This document shows positions 1-11,836 of a stretch of 64,000 nt of DNA, in pieces. The stretch's first letter is position 1; the number at the start of each line of letters is the position of its first letter. The notes under the pieces were generated by a model. The model did no database searches, was not told where the DNA came from, and was given only the letters and a program-made list of their open reading frames with translations. A program made the translations under genes and the position numbers. Source of the stretch: Gordius albopunctatus (taxonomy: Eukaryota); assembly GCA_964276515.1 (NCBI GenBank), contig OZ193910.1:2852001-2916000 (forward strand), written 5' to 3'.

Positions 1-106
1 GAGCCAATACTGGTTCATTATTAGGTTATAACTTTGATATTTAAGCACGAAGATTCGAGAGCAACACAGCACTTTTCACCAAATTTGTGTTGGACAAAGT
101 ACTCAC

Positions 107-3100
107 TCAGACTGTGTCCTTGTATGTCCTCAATTCCTGAATTTGTTTATCTAAAATCCGATACCGCGACAAATCTTTTCGAGTAATCATGCCAATCACC
201 TCGTTGCGTTCGTTAATTACCGGTAGATGACGTAGACCCAAAGCCCGAAACATGCGAAAAACGCGAGTTAGGGAAGCTCCAAAATAAACTGTGTAGGGCG
301 CTGGACTAGCGTAGGGTTGGAGGTAAATGTAGGTGTCCAATTGCTCTGGCGAAAAGATGAGCGAATCTATGGAAAAGAAGCGAGGGTAGGGTTCTTTGAA
401 ACTCTTTTGCGTTAAGGGAGCGTAGCCGGTGAGATTTGCTGTGATGCATATATAAATTTTTTTAGTAATATAAAGCCACACAAATATTTATGAAAGTCAA
501 TTACCGGATGATTGGTTTTAATGTATTATAAAGTTATGGAACGCTATGAAGACTCGATATCCCATTTTTGCATGAACAAAATTATAGAAGTAGCTTGTCA
601 GCAGCAACAATTTCAATTTTTTGGCATTTTATAATTTTTTGGCATTTTTGTAAGCTTAGTTGCCATGTTTTAAAGAACTTCAGCATTTATAAAGCAAGAT
701 AAACATGGATTCCTGATTGCTTTTAAGCGGGAATCTATATTTGACGTAGAGGAATAAACTTTTCCGCTAGAAATGCGTTCTAAATTTACCGATACCAGTC
801 AAAACTTTAAAATTAACCCCAAAATCTCGTTATAAAACTAAACGACCGTTCAATAAAATAAACATAGTAATAATTATCATTAGTAAGAAGTTGCCTATGC
901 AAACCTAGTTTTTCTGGCTCGACTACCACATCCGATCCTTCCCCTAGTCCAGCAGGAAATATGTTATTGGGTGTTTTAGAGCCGGGCCCCTCCGAGTCGG
1001 CTGATTTTTGGACATAAGGCTTTCGCTTGAGGTAAGGGCTAGCAGCTATAGTGGCTGGGCTTTCGCGTTGGGGCTGTGCTGGTGCCGGTTTAAGTGGCCT
1101 ATTTTGCGAAAACTACAGATAACGAAATGAAATGATGAATCGCTAGTTATACATGTATATACCAAGTTGTGTTGTAAGAACGGCTGGGTTCTGTGGTCTG
1201 CTTTTTTTAGTGGACCCCTAGGGTTAGTCGAAAATCGAAATACAGACCGGAATCGAGCGTTAGTCATAGTTAAATTAAAGGTCGACCAAACAAAACACTA
1301 ATATCCAGATTCATTGAATATATTATTACTCCGTATGGCACAGCTCGTTTCAATGTAATTCATGGGGAGGTGAATATATTTTTTGACAACAAAAACACAA
1401 ATTAACTCAAAGTTTAAAAGGATGCCAAGTAACTTAAGCGATTACGATTTTAATCATGGCCAATTTAGATGCCATATACCTACACCTAAATTTTTTCTAT
1501 CATATCATTGAAATCCATAATAAAAATACATTTTATTAAGTGAAAAAAAACATATAAATTTGTAAACGTAAATATCGGGAAAATCAAAACTTACATAAAA
1601 TGAACAAAAAATTCACTAAATGGGGGGTGGGGGCGTTAATACATACCTCGTGCCTGAGTATGACCAATAGTTGAGAACGCAGTATGAGACCTCGGAATCT
1701 GCCGTATTTCAATTTTTCTCGTTCTGTTATGACATCCACAAGTGGGAAGCCGTTGTGAGTTTTCGTTTTGAGTATGTCCACGATGGTTCCCACTTTTTCG
1801 ATCGTACGCAAAAATGTCACGGGGTGACTCATTATCTATCCCAAAAAAGACCAAAAAGTCATTTTTTAAAATTATATTTTTAATAGCCCAAAAAATCAAA
1901 TGTTTAACGTAAAAAGTGACGAATAAAATGCTTCACAAAATTAAAGACGCCTTAGCCTATAAATGAGATTGGAACGTTTTAATCCTAAATTATGGCCAAA
2001 TCCAAAATCCGCAAATATCAACTGCGAGCAAACCAAACCAGGCGTTTCTATAACACCGATAACAACAGGCTAGCGATCGGCTGATTATAATTATGACGTA
2101 AGGGGTGTAGTAGGCATTTTTACGTTCTCATTATTCTTTCCTCCAAAATGGCGGATTAAGTCACGCATTAATTTTAATGCAATCAGCTGTTGTCCAGTCT
2201 ATGTCTGTTTAGTCAGCCTTTGATTTTGACCGACTTAACAAAACCAGACCAAAGGTTTTTGGTATATTTTTCTCGGTCGCCCACGAGGCTGAGTCCAAAT
2301 TTGAAAAAGAGACGAGTAAAACCAAAGGTCAAGCAGCCCAAAACACCCAGCCCTTTTACAATTATAGTCTCTATAGTATTATCGGAAAAAATATAAATAA
2401 AACGTGAGAGAAATGTGAGAAGAAGAGAAATCACTTGATCGGCCTCGATGTTAGTGGTCAAAGCCGGAGGCTCCCACTCCAAGAAAGGCACGCTCGACAA
2501 GTGGATTTGCATGTCGTAGATGCCTTCGTTAAATATGTCACCGACCCATTTAGTTAACATGAGGGTGAGCATGAGCACCAATCCAAATGTTATATTTCCT
2601 ATTTTTCAAACAAAAAATTAACGCGGTTTGAATGTAAAACAATAATGTTAAAATTCATTCTACCTTGTCATATTTATAAGCCTAAAAACGATTTAAATCC
2701 TCTTCTAAGAGTGGTCGATAAGCAATGATGGTCTTATTATCATAGGCGTAGCGGGGGGGGGCAGCGGCGGCAAGGAGGGGCGGCTGCCCTACTCTAAATC
2801 CGAAATTTTTTTTTAAATATGGCTAACATTTCTAAAAATTATCATTTTGCCCCTCCCTAAATCATTATTGCCCCCCCTCTAATTCCCTGGCTATGCCCAT
2901 GCTTATTATATTTGGTTTGTCTGGACAAAAGGTAGATGGAGTACATGACAATATTAATGGGTCATCGCAAAATGTAATTTTAAGGAATTTATTGCATTCG
3001 AAACGAGTTTAGAAATAAACAAATATAATTAGGTCATTTTGGATTGAGAACTAGAAATTCTTTAATCTCAATTATCTAAAAACTGCAAATATATAAACAA

Positions 3101-5616
3101 ATATATTTTGGTCATTTTCGTTTGAAAACTGTAATATCATTAATCTCAAGGCAAAATTCGGGGTACCTGTAGCTTCGATTAGCATGACGGTCAAGCTTAG
3201 TGTCATTCTGACCACTCCGCCCAATTGAACGGCAGCTCCCACCAGGGCAAACTTGGCCGGGTTAGCAGCCCAAACTGCATTGGGGAATATCGTGTGTAAT
3301 ACCATGCCTACCAATATGTATAAGCATAAATTTATATTAATATAATAGGGTGAGGTCATTTGGACCCCGGGCAAATTTATAAAAATGAATGATTCAACAT
3401 TTTCATATTACGTAGTATCAAAATTAACAAAGAAAACTTCTTTCTTCGGATTTATTACCTATAAGTCGACCCCAAGCTGCCCCAACCATTAGACAGGGAA
3501 TAAATATTCCACTAGGTACGCATATCCCAAATGTCCAACAACTCAAAATAAACCAGAGCACAGAGATTAGCAAGAGAGACCACATGTTATAAGTTCCTTC
3601 AAATATAAAGTATAAAAATGTGCTTAAAATTGATAAAAACATAATTCAATAAAAACATTCATAGATATACAATTAGAGAATAAATTTAAAATAAAATTGC
3701 AAGTTTACTTTTTTGAATTGACTTAAGCCAAAATATAAACTGTTTATATTAACCTGGAGTATCATGAAATAGTCCTCGTATACGCACTTCTGCAGTTTGA
3801 AAAAACAAGGTTGCAACGGAGTTGTATTCCCCATCATTACAAAACATCTACATATATTACACATATTAAAATCAAAAGATTACTAATTTAAACTCATTTA
3901 TGCACAAAATATTATTTATAAAACAAATTAAGCATAAATTTACACTTATACAAACAAAATATACTCAGAATAATAATTAAATAAAACAATATAGAAATGT
4001 GGGCACTTGTATGGGCCTATTGACAGTGTTGACATCAAGGGGTGTACAGACTTGGGCAAAATATAGGACAGCAAAAATAAGTGAAGAAGTTAGTAAGGTG
4101 ACAAGTAAAGCTTCTGTAACACGCATAAAAGGTTTTGTAACATTACGCATCCTAAACAATGTCAAATTTATGTTCACGTGATTAAAGAGGGCCCCCAACA
4201 CTCCACCTTTTCAAATGAAATATTTTATCATTTATTTTAAAAAATAAATAGACTAGAGAAAGATATATCTGATAATATATTATGAGTAAAATATTAGATT
4301 GGAATAAAAGCTGCAAAATTTTACCAATAACAGCCATGAATAAAAATATTGGAATCTCCTTGATACTGTAATATATGTCATCTAATTTTCCAAAATTTAG
4401 CAACCCACTATTTGATAACTCCCCAGGGTGTCCTTTGTAAGCACTCATGATGACATTCAACGTAAATGTAGATGTCATAGAGGCAAAAAATATTCTCCAG
4501 GTCAAAGCTTGATTCCAAAAACTTGCCCCTTCCTCGAGGCTTAATAGCACTCCACCTATCATAGATAAATAAACCTTGAATAAATATTCTTTACCCACTG
4601 GAGCCCCAAAAGCTGCAGCAATACCAGCAGCAGTGCCTGCTGATACAAAATCTCTTTTCTCTTGATCAGTTCTAAAACTTTTGAAAATGTCCAGGTCACA
4701 TTTTAATGTGGTGCTACAGCCCTGAGAAACACCTGCTGCTATAATTGATCCAATATGAATCATTGGACCTTCCTTTCCAATTATTAACCCACCACTAACG
4801 GCACAAACAACTCCAAAAATCTATTAACATATGGGAATAAAATTTATATGAAATACCTTAATTAATAAAGTTTTTAGCCTAACAATGTTAGGTATTTTGA
4901 CACCATTTAGGAAGCATTTAATTTGTGATATTCCACTTCCACCAGCCATTGGTTCCACAAAAGCCACTAATAATGCAGGCAAAATTACAAGCCCCATTGC
5001 ACATCCCAGCCACATAAAATATGGCTTCATTATTAAGGATGTTAGAGGTCTATATTTTGCTTCATCAGACAATGGCATAAATGTATCTGATACATTTTGT
5101 GTCATTTTGTCCAGAGGTTGTTTTATCCAATTGTACTGAAGTTCAGTGAGAAAATCAATTGATATATCAATAAAACATCCAACTAAGGCAGTTGACACAC
5201 CTATTAAGAGCATAACAGTCCATCTTTGGAATTGTATTATTTTGTGTTTCTAAAAGGCAATGGATGTTTTATAATTATACAGGCATACCTTGTATTCAAA
5301 ACGTGGATCACATATCTTTACTAAAGAATTTTCACACGGATCATAATCTAAACTCTATTTAAAAGACAATATATAATATCGAACTATAAAAACCTCATAT
5401 TTATCTGAGAGCAAGGACTTCGGGTGCTGAACGTCTTGTGGAGTTTCTACATTTTTAAAAGTTCGGTAAGAATGACTTCGCAACAGGAGCTAAGATTAAA
5501 ATAATTATAATAGTATATATATTGATGTATACACAAGGGATAAGATTATCCTTAAGTCTTTCGTGAAAATGTGGCCTCGGAAACGCTAAGGAATGAGATC
5601 GTTTATGTTTTGCCAT
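107..5616 (-). CDS. CLCN7: Lysosomal Cl-/H+ antiporter CLC-7 (14 exons)
   Basis: Exons 5616-5535, 5489-5394, 5354-5289, 5249-4857, 4820-4595, 4555-4325, 4206-4007, 3847-3754, 3596-3459, 3307-3167, 2598-2435, 1835-1647, 1112-905, 438-107; GT-AG and phase-compatible. Motifs [33 protein letters not shown] (gating Glu), [20 protein letters not shown] (proton Glu), GIFIP, GIYD and two CBS domains. The first exon and exon 1112-905 are less certain. Confidence 0.95.
2741..2901. mobile_element. MITE family A (hAT-type), reference copy
   Basis: Termini CATAGGCGTAG...CTATGCCCATG; exact 8-bp TSD CTTATTAT at 2733-2740 and 2902-2909; the body recurs more than 10 times in the window. Confidence 0.85.
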
Positions 5617-5934
5617 ATAAACTCAAAACCGCGAACAATCGCTACATATGATTCTACTTATTTTGTTCTATTCAATACATACATTTCATTTCAACCAACC
5701 AGTTATTTTAGGCATGTAATTTATCAATTGTACACTTCATTATAAAGCTTTGACTTAATTTGGTTTGATAAAAATTCAAATTCAAGATATGGCTCAAAAG
5801 TAGGGTTATTTTTATAGTTCCTGCTAAAATAAAAAAAATTGGAAAAGCTAATTGTTGATGCTCTGTTACCTCATTTTGTAAGCAGCTCAAATTTGATCTA
5901 TATCAATATGCTATTAATTTGGTGAGTATTAACA

Positions 5935-6111
5935 CATAGGCGTAGCCAGGGGGGGGGGGTAGAGGGGGTCGCGCCCCCCCCCCCTAAATGACGGGAAAAA
6001 AATTTCAATGCAAAAACTCTTAAAAATTAACAAAATAAGGTTTTGCACCCCCTGATTGAACTTTTAAACGTTTTACCACCCCCCCTAATCCAAAACCTGG
6101 CTACGCCCATG
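5935..6111. mobile_element. MITE family A-related copy
   Basis: CATAGGCGTAGCCAGG...CCTGGCTACGCCCATG inverted termini; imperfect TSD TATTAACA/TATTAATC. Confidence 0.8.
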
Positions 6112-9100
6112 TATTAATCAAAACAATATCAGTATGTTATAAATATTTTTTCGCACTACAATAAGTAGTTTTAATTAAAAAAGCATAAGATTTATTATAT
6201 CTCTATCACCGCATTTGGAGGGAGCCGCACTTTTTAAATACTATCCTTGAACTAGAACCCCCTTTAGTGTCGAGTCATGGTTGTCTTAATAATAATGCAG
6301 CTCCAATTTATGGGAGCAACCTTGTCAAATCAGCTTCCACTCCTAATTTATTAAAAACATTAAATAAGTAAGTGTTAAAAAATCCAAATGGTAAATTTTT
6401 ATATTTTTTAAAAAGCTTTAATACACAAACTTTTTAAAGATTTAGCGGGACACGACATCTCATTGAGAATATAAAGATATAAATTCAATCATAAATATAA
6501 CATTTTTATGGAAAGTGCAGACTAAAAAACTATAAATAAATTTGAAGTATAGAAAATTAAATTTTATTGTTCTAGCAAATTATAACATTTGTATCAAATC
6601 ACTGTGTTTGTCAACTATATAGACTTAGACAAATATAAATAAATTATAGTTGACTTAGTTGCATAATTGAGCAAATTGACACACTTTATTAACCCTGCCT
6701 AAAGCGTCAAAGTAGACCATAACATTTTTAAGGCAAACATTTAAGTCCATTATATCATAATCAATTATAGCCCATAATGTTTTTTGCATGTTTACTATAG
6801 CGTTATAAACCACAAAGTGCGATTGACTTTTAATGATAACTTTATTATTTACAGAATTGATAACTAGATGCACATATCAAAATGTGTAAAAAGCACAATA
6901 AAAGCAGATATATTAGAGGATTAAGAACATAAGGTTTTAAACTTTAAATTGCAAACGATCAATAAAACGTGGAGATCTCGCCGAAAAAATCTCATATCGT
7001 CTCGTCTCGACATCAAAATTCTACTGTCGATCTCGAATCCATTTTTCAAATTGTCGTGTCGCCTCGGTTTTTCGAGACGAGACCGAGATTTTTCCCTTGT
7101 TTCTTACATCACTAGTGTTGCGAAGATAGAAATAACTAAATACCTTTTTAGTTTAAGATTTAGTTTTATATTTATAAAATATTCCTATCCTAGTGAGTGG
7201 TTTAAAATGAAATTATCTAAATTATCCCTTAAAAACTATCTCAACTTCTAAAATAGAAGAAGAATATGCTAATACAAGTAAAATTTGTGTAACAAAGAAT
7301 TTATGATTCAATTTTTCTTAGCGTTTGACATCTTAATTTAAAATTCCTCGTTTATAAAAATTGAGAGTGTTAATACTACTAAAGAAGAGTATGATATCAA
7401 TTCAAAATTTTACAAAGCTTTTGTAAGCTTTATTCATACATGCTTCAAATTTAAAATTTCTTTAAATTACTTTTTATTGCAACTGAGTTTCAAATTCTAC
7501 AATAGAGATAGATTATCTAACTCAACTCAGAATTAATAAACCTCATGGTTTAGTAAAATCATAATGATGACATAGCCAGTTTTATTAAAGCAAATATAGT
7601 TGGCATCTGCAAAGTTGAAATTTAAAAAAATCCGGCCTGCGAATAGTATATAAACGTGCTAGGCATAAATTTTTTTGTTTAAAAAAAGGCTGGAATCGGA
7701 CAGGCCTTTAACAAAGCCAAACAGGCTCTCTTAAATAGCGGATTTGTATTTTGATGTATAGGAAGGAACATGGTCTGGTTTTTATTATGTTTATCCAATT
7801 TTATAAATATTTTTTTAAAATATTGACTTAATTAATACTAATTTCATCATCATTTATTCATGTACAGTTCTAGATTTATTCATATAACTTGTGATTTTTA
7901 AATAAGTGGATCCCAAAAGTTTAAACTTTTCATAAAGGGCGAAAATTGACAAAACTAGGTTATTTTTTATATAGAATCAGCCCTGCATAAACCATAAGGT
8001 TTTCAGTTATAATTGACTTAAACGGTTTTATGCAGGCTACAAGTGTTATGTACGGCAGGTTGCTTTTTGGAAGAAATAAAAACTCGTGACCAATGATTAT
8101 ATAATTTCTTATTAAATATTTTCAATATATAGATAAGTGTTTGTGTTAAGGCACAAAACCGTCATCTAAATAAGATTTCAAATATAAAAAACATCGGGGA
8201 ATCTTCAAGCTGGGCCCGTGCCTAGTGGGTCTTTGAATTTTTTTTGTACTGGTGGGCCCATTAAGCCCGGAAGGCCCGTGCATATCTTTAGTTTAAACAA
8301 TGGCGCTAGATAGCATATACAGAAAAATTAATGGAGCTTTTTGAATTGTGTCTTGGTAGATAGACAACAAGCGAAATCGGGTGGCAAAATTTATATAATG
8401 TATCTGTTAAGCGTTTTTTAAGTACAAATATATTACTTTAAAATACTATTAATGGTTTTTTCCTACCCCACACCCGGGCACTCCTCCCTGCAATGTGTAT
8501 ATAATTTTAATACAATTTGTCTAATTTTGGAAAAATATTTTTGAAACCCGCCCCCTAAGGCAATCCTACCAGCACCACATGCAAATAACAAGGCAATGGC
8601 CTTGTAAAGCAATGTAATTTCACTCACTCCTCCCTGCCATCAAAAGCGTATCATCGTGCCTAAAGCTATTTTCCTACTCTCAAGTAAACCACTACCGACT
8701 TAATGTCTCTTATTAGCTAGTCTGGTAGCTAAGTTCATTTGATTTTTTATTATATATAACATACCTTTTAAAAGCAAGAAATATTTAAAACGCTATTGTG
8801 CCTAATTTTATAGTGTATCAATAATTCTTTTTTTTTGAATTTTTGCCTAACACTCAAAAGTGTCCTCTTATTACTAATATATCATGACTGCAGGCCCGTA
8901 GATAGGATTTTCTCAAGGGGTATAAAATTTCCAATTTTTTTGAAAACATTTTTATTTCAATAAATTATTTATAAGGCGGAGCCCCCGAGGAGATGGGGGT
9001 TTGGAAGCGGAGCCCCCGACGGGGGCCTATTTTTCTATTCACTTTTCATTTTCTACTGATATAGTTGCAGACTTATTAAATCTTTAAAATTGTTTTAGGA

Positions 9101-9749
9101 GCTTAAGCTTTTAACTATTCGTCGGGAGTGAGCCCCAACTCCTGATATGTGTTTAATTTAGATTTCAGGATTGTTTTTAATGAGCTCCTCACCAATAAAG
9201 CTCTTTACAATCTTGGGTAGGATAAATGCAATCAAAAAACCAGAGTACTTTGAATTTTAGAAGCATTGAAATTGTTTGTAATGAGTAAATAGCATGATAT
9301 TTGAGCAGCGCTTTAATAACTTGTATTTTTAAATTAAGATTAGATAAATTATTTTGTAGATTATCTTGGAAGGCGGCTTTTAACTTTTAAAATGTTTGAA
9401 AAATAGGAAAATATTTGTTCATTGGAATATTTCGCAGAGATATTAAATTTGAAGCTTAAATGGGGTTCAAAAGAGCTTTCGTTTATTGGCTTGGAAATTT
9501 TTTCAGGAAAGCCACATGAGGTTCCATCATCTAAGCAATGTTATAGCGCATTGAATAGAAAGTGGCTGAATATTATCCCTAGTCTAAACCGAGATGGACC
9601 TAAAGGGTCACTATGGTGGATATTAGATTCGAAACTAGAGTCTTTATATAATATTACAGGGAATGTGTTAATTAGCGTTATTCTATGAATTTCTAGGCAT
9701 TAGCAAAGTCAATTTTAATTGTGCAATGATTGGAGATATGTTACAGGCT

Positions 9750-11280
9750 TATCCCTACAAAGTGGCTAACCCCCTAACAACCGCTTTTTAATCCAAATCC
9801 TATTTTATGGGGAATTAAATTATCATTCAGACTAGGATTGATTATTTCGTAAATAAATATCGATATATCTTGTCGGAAAACACAGTTAATAGCAATGGGT
9901 ATAACGTAATTAGTCTTTTGATAGCGATAAGTTTAGGGCTAAACAAAACATGAATTATTTAGCTAAAAACTTTGCTGTTAATTATAAGGTTGCACTGGGA
10001 GGTATTGATTAAGATTTTGCGTTTAAGTCTTCGAGGTTATTTAAATTTTTTAAATAAACCGCGCGAAAAACATCAATGCCGACAGAGGTCAGGGGAGTCC
10101 AGTTTGATGAAAATGCGAAGGTAGTAAATCGTTCGACCTAAAAGGTTGGGGGATGTTTAAATTTTTTGCTGTTGGTATAAACCAAGGAAAGAGGAAGATT
10201 TCTATTGTTCGCGTATAACTTTCTTAAGGTGTATGTAGAGAGGGCTCGATTTACGACTGGTGGTAACCGCGAAATAAATAATAATTAATTCTAATTAACA
10301 TATAACATATCGCTACTTGAGACAAACGTTTTATGGTGATGAATCAAGAAATTGCTAAATCATTGTTATCAGACTAAATTCAATGTGCCCAATTCGTAAA
10401 TACAGTGATTAGTATCAATAAGTTTTGACACTATACATTGGCACTCAAGATGATATTAAAAATAGTTTAGATGTGGAAGAGGTTAACGATCTGTTATTAT
10501 TTTAATTTTAAGTTCCCGGTAATCTTCGCAAAGTGTCCAATTTTTATTGTTTAACTTTAGTGATGTAGTAGCGAAGCTCAGTTGCTTTTTGACAATGCCC
10601 CATCATATGCATGAATTAGTTTTTGGCTAATCTAAGTTTCTCTGCATTTAAGCATCTGGGTTTGGCAAATACGGGCGGACCTTTGGTTTCTATTTGATGT
10701 TGGGTATTGTGTTATTGATGGTGTATATATCACTGAGCTTTATTGCCAGCTCTTTTAAATTATTTATCTTACTATTATTTGATTCCTATAATTTATTATG
10801 GGCTTTACATAATAGGTTGCTGCTGTTTTGTCTGCTGTCTCCGCTAGTTTTGTTGAGGATTGATCGGTTGCAAAAATTTCTAGTATGCCAGTCATGGGAT
10901 TTGCTAATTTATCCATCCAAAGCTGTTTAAGGATGAAATCGTCCATTGAATGATGACCTAACAGAGTCATTTAAGGCATTATTTGTGATGGGCGTTCGAT
11001 TATTGCCTCGTTCAATTTAGTAAACGGAGATTCTGTTGGTATATTTTCTAATAAGTCTTGTTTTCGAAGTCACCTCTTGAGGAGGGGCTTCGATAAGGTA
11101 ACCTAATTTAGTAAATTCATTTTTAATTTTAAGTGTTTTGAAGTAAGATTTAATTTGTAGATACCAAATTCTTGGAGTCGGTAGGTTAAATATAAGGTGT
11201 TTGAAGTATAACATATTTTTCCCTGTCTTTTTTGTTTCAATTATCGAAATCTAAGGTCACCAGAATTTTGCAGCGATAGA
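9750..11280 (-). mobile_element. Decayed Gypsy/Ty3 LTR retrotransposon (gag and pol relics)
   Basis: Gag-like PRIWYLQIKSYF...TKLGYLIEAPPQEV and ILKQLWMDKL; RT start ETKGPPVFAKPRCLNAEKLRLAK; CEDYREL...DR*PLPHL; PBS-like TGGTGACC at ~11255-11262; PPT-like TAGGGGG followed by TGTAGG at ~9755-9776. Many stops and frameshifts. Confidence 0.75.
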
Positions 11281-11836
11281 CCCTATTAATATAAATAAAT
11301 ATAGTACACCAAATTTATAGTAAAATACTAATTAATAAACAAGGGAATAAGTAAAGGTTAACAACATTGTTTTATCAAAACCATAAAATGGAAAGTAAAA
11401 AAGTATTGAGAGATACAGCTTTATATAAAAGACGCTTATATTATCGTTAAACCTTGTTTCCACCAACTATCTTTACAATCAAGCATATATCAAAGACAAT
11501 TCATTGCACAACTTCATATAACAATCATCTATATCCCAATATCTATTCTTTTATATCCATCCACTAATTCCAATTTAAGAGATATCACAGTTTAAGCAGC
11601 TTGATTAATCTTGAACATATATAACCAGCTTTAAAAGATTAATAAATATTCTATTATCCATGCCTATATAACAATTGCAAGTATAAATTTTTTTTTGATG
11701 AAATGATTATCATAACATAAACTAAATGATGCATACTTAAAATATTCTGCACAATGTAGCCATTGTCCAACTGGAATTTATTTTTTCAGTAATTTAGCTT
11801 TAAAGTTTACAGAATAATATGCTTTAAAATATTCTC

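Noticed and set aside
9040..9700. Possible non-LTR RT relic on the minus strand (RLGIIFSHFLFNAL-like)
   Set aside because: Too degraded to assign from one partial motif.
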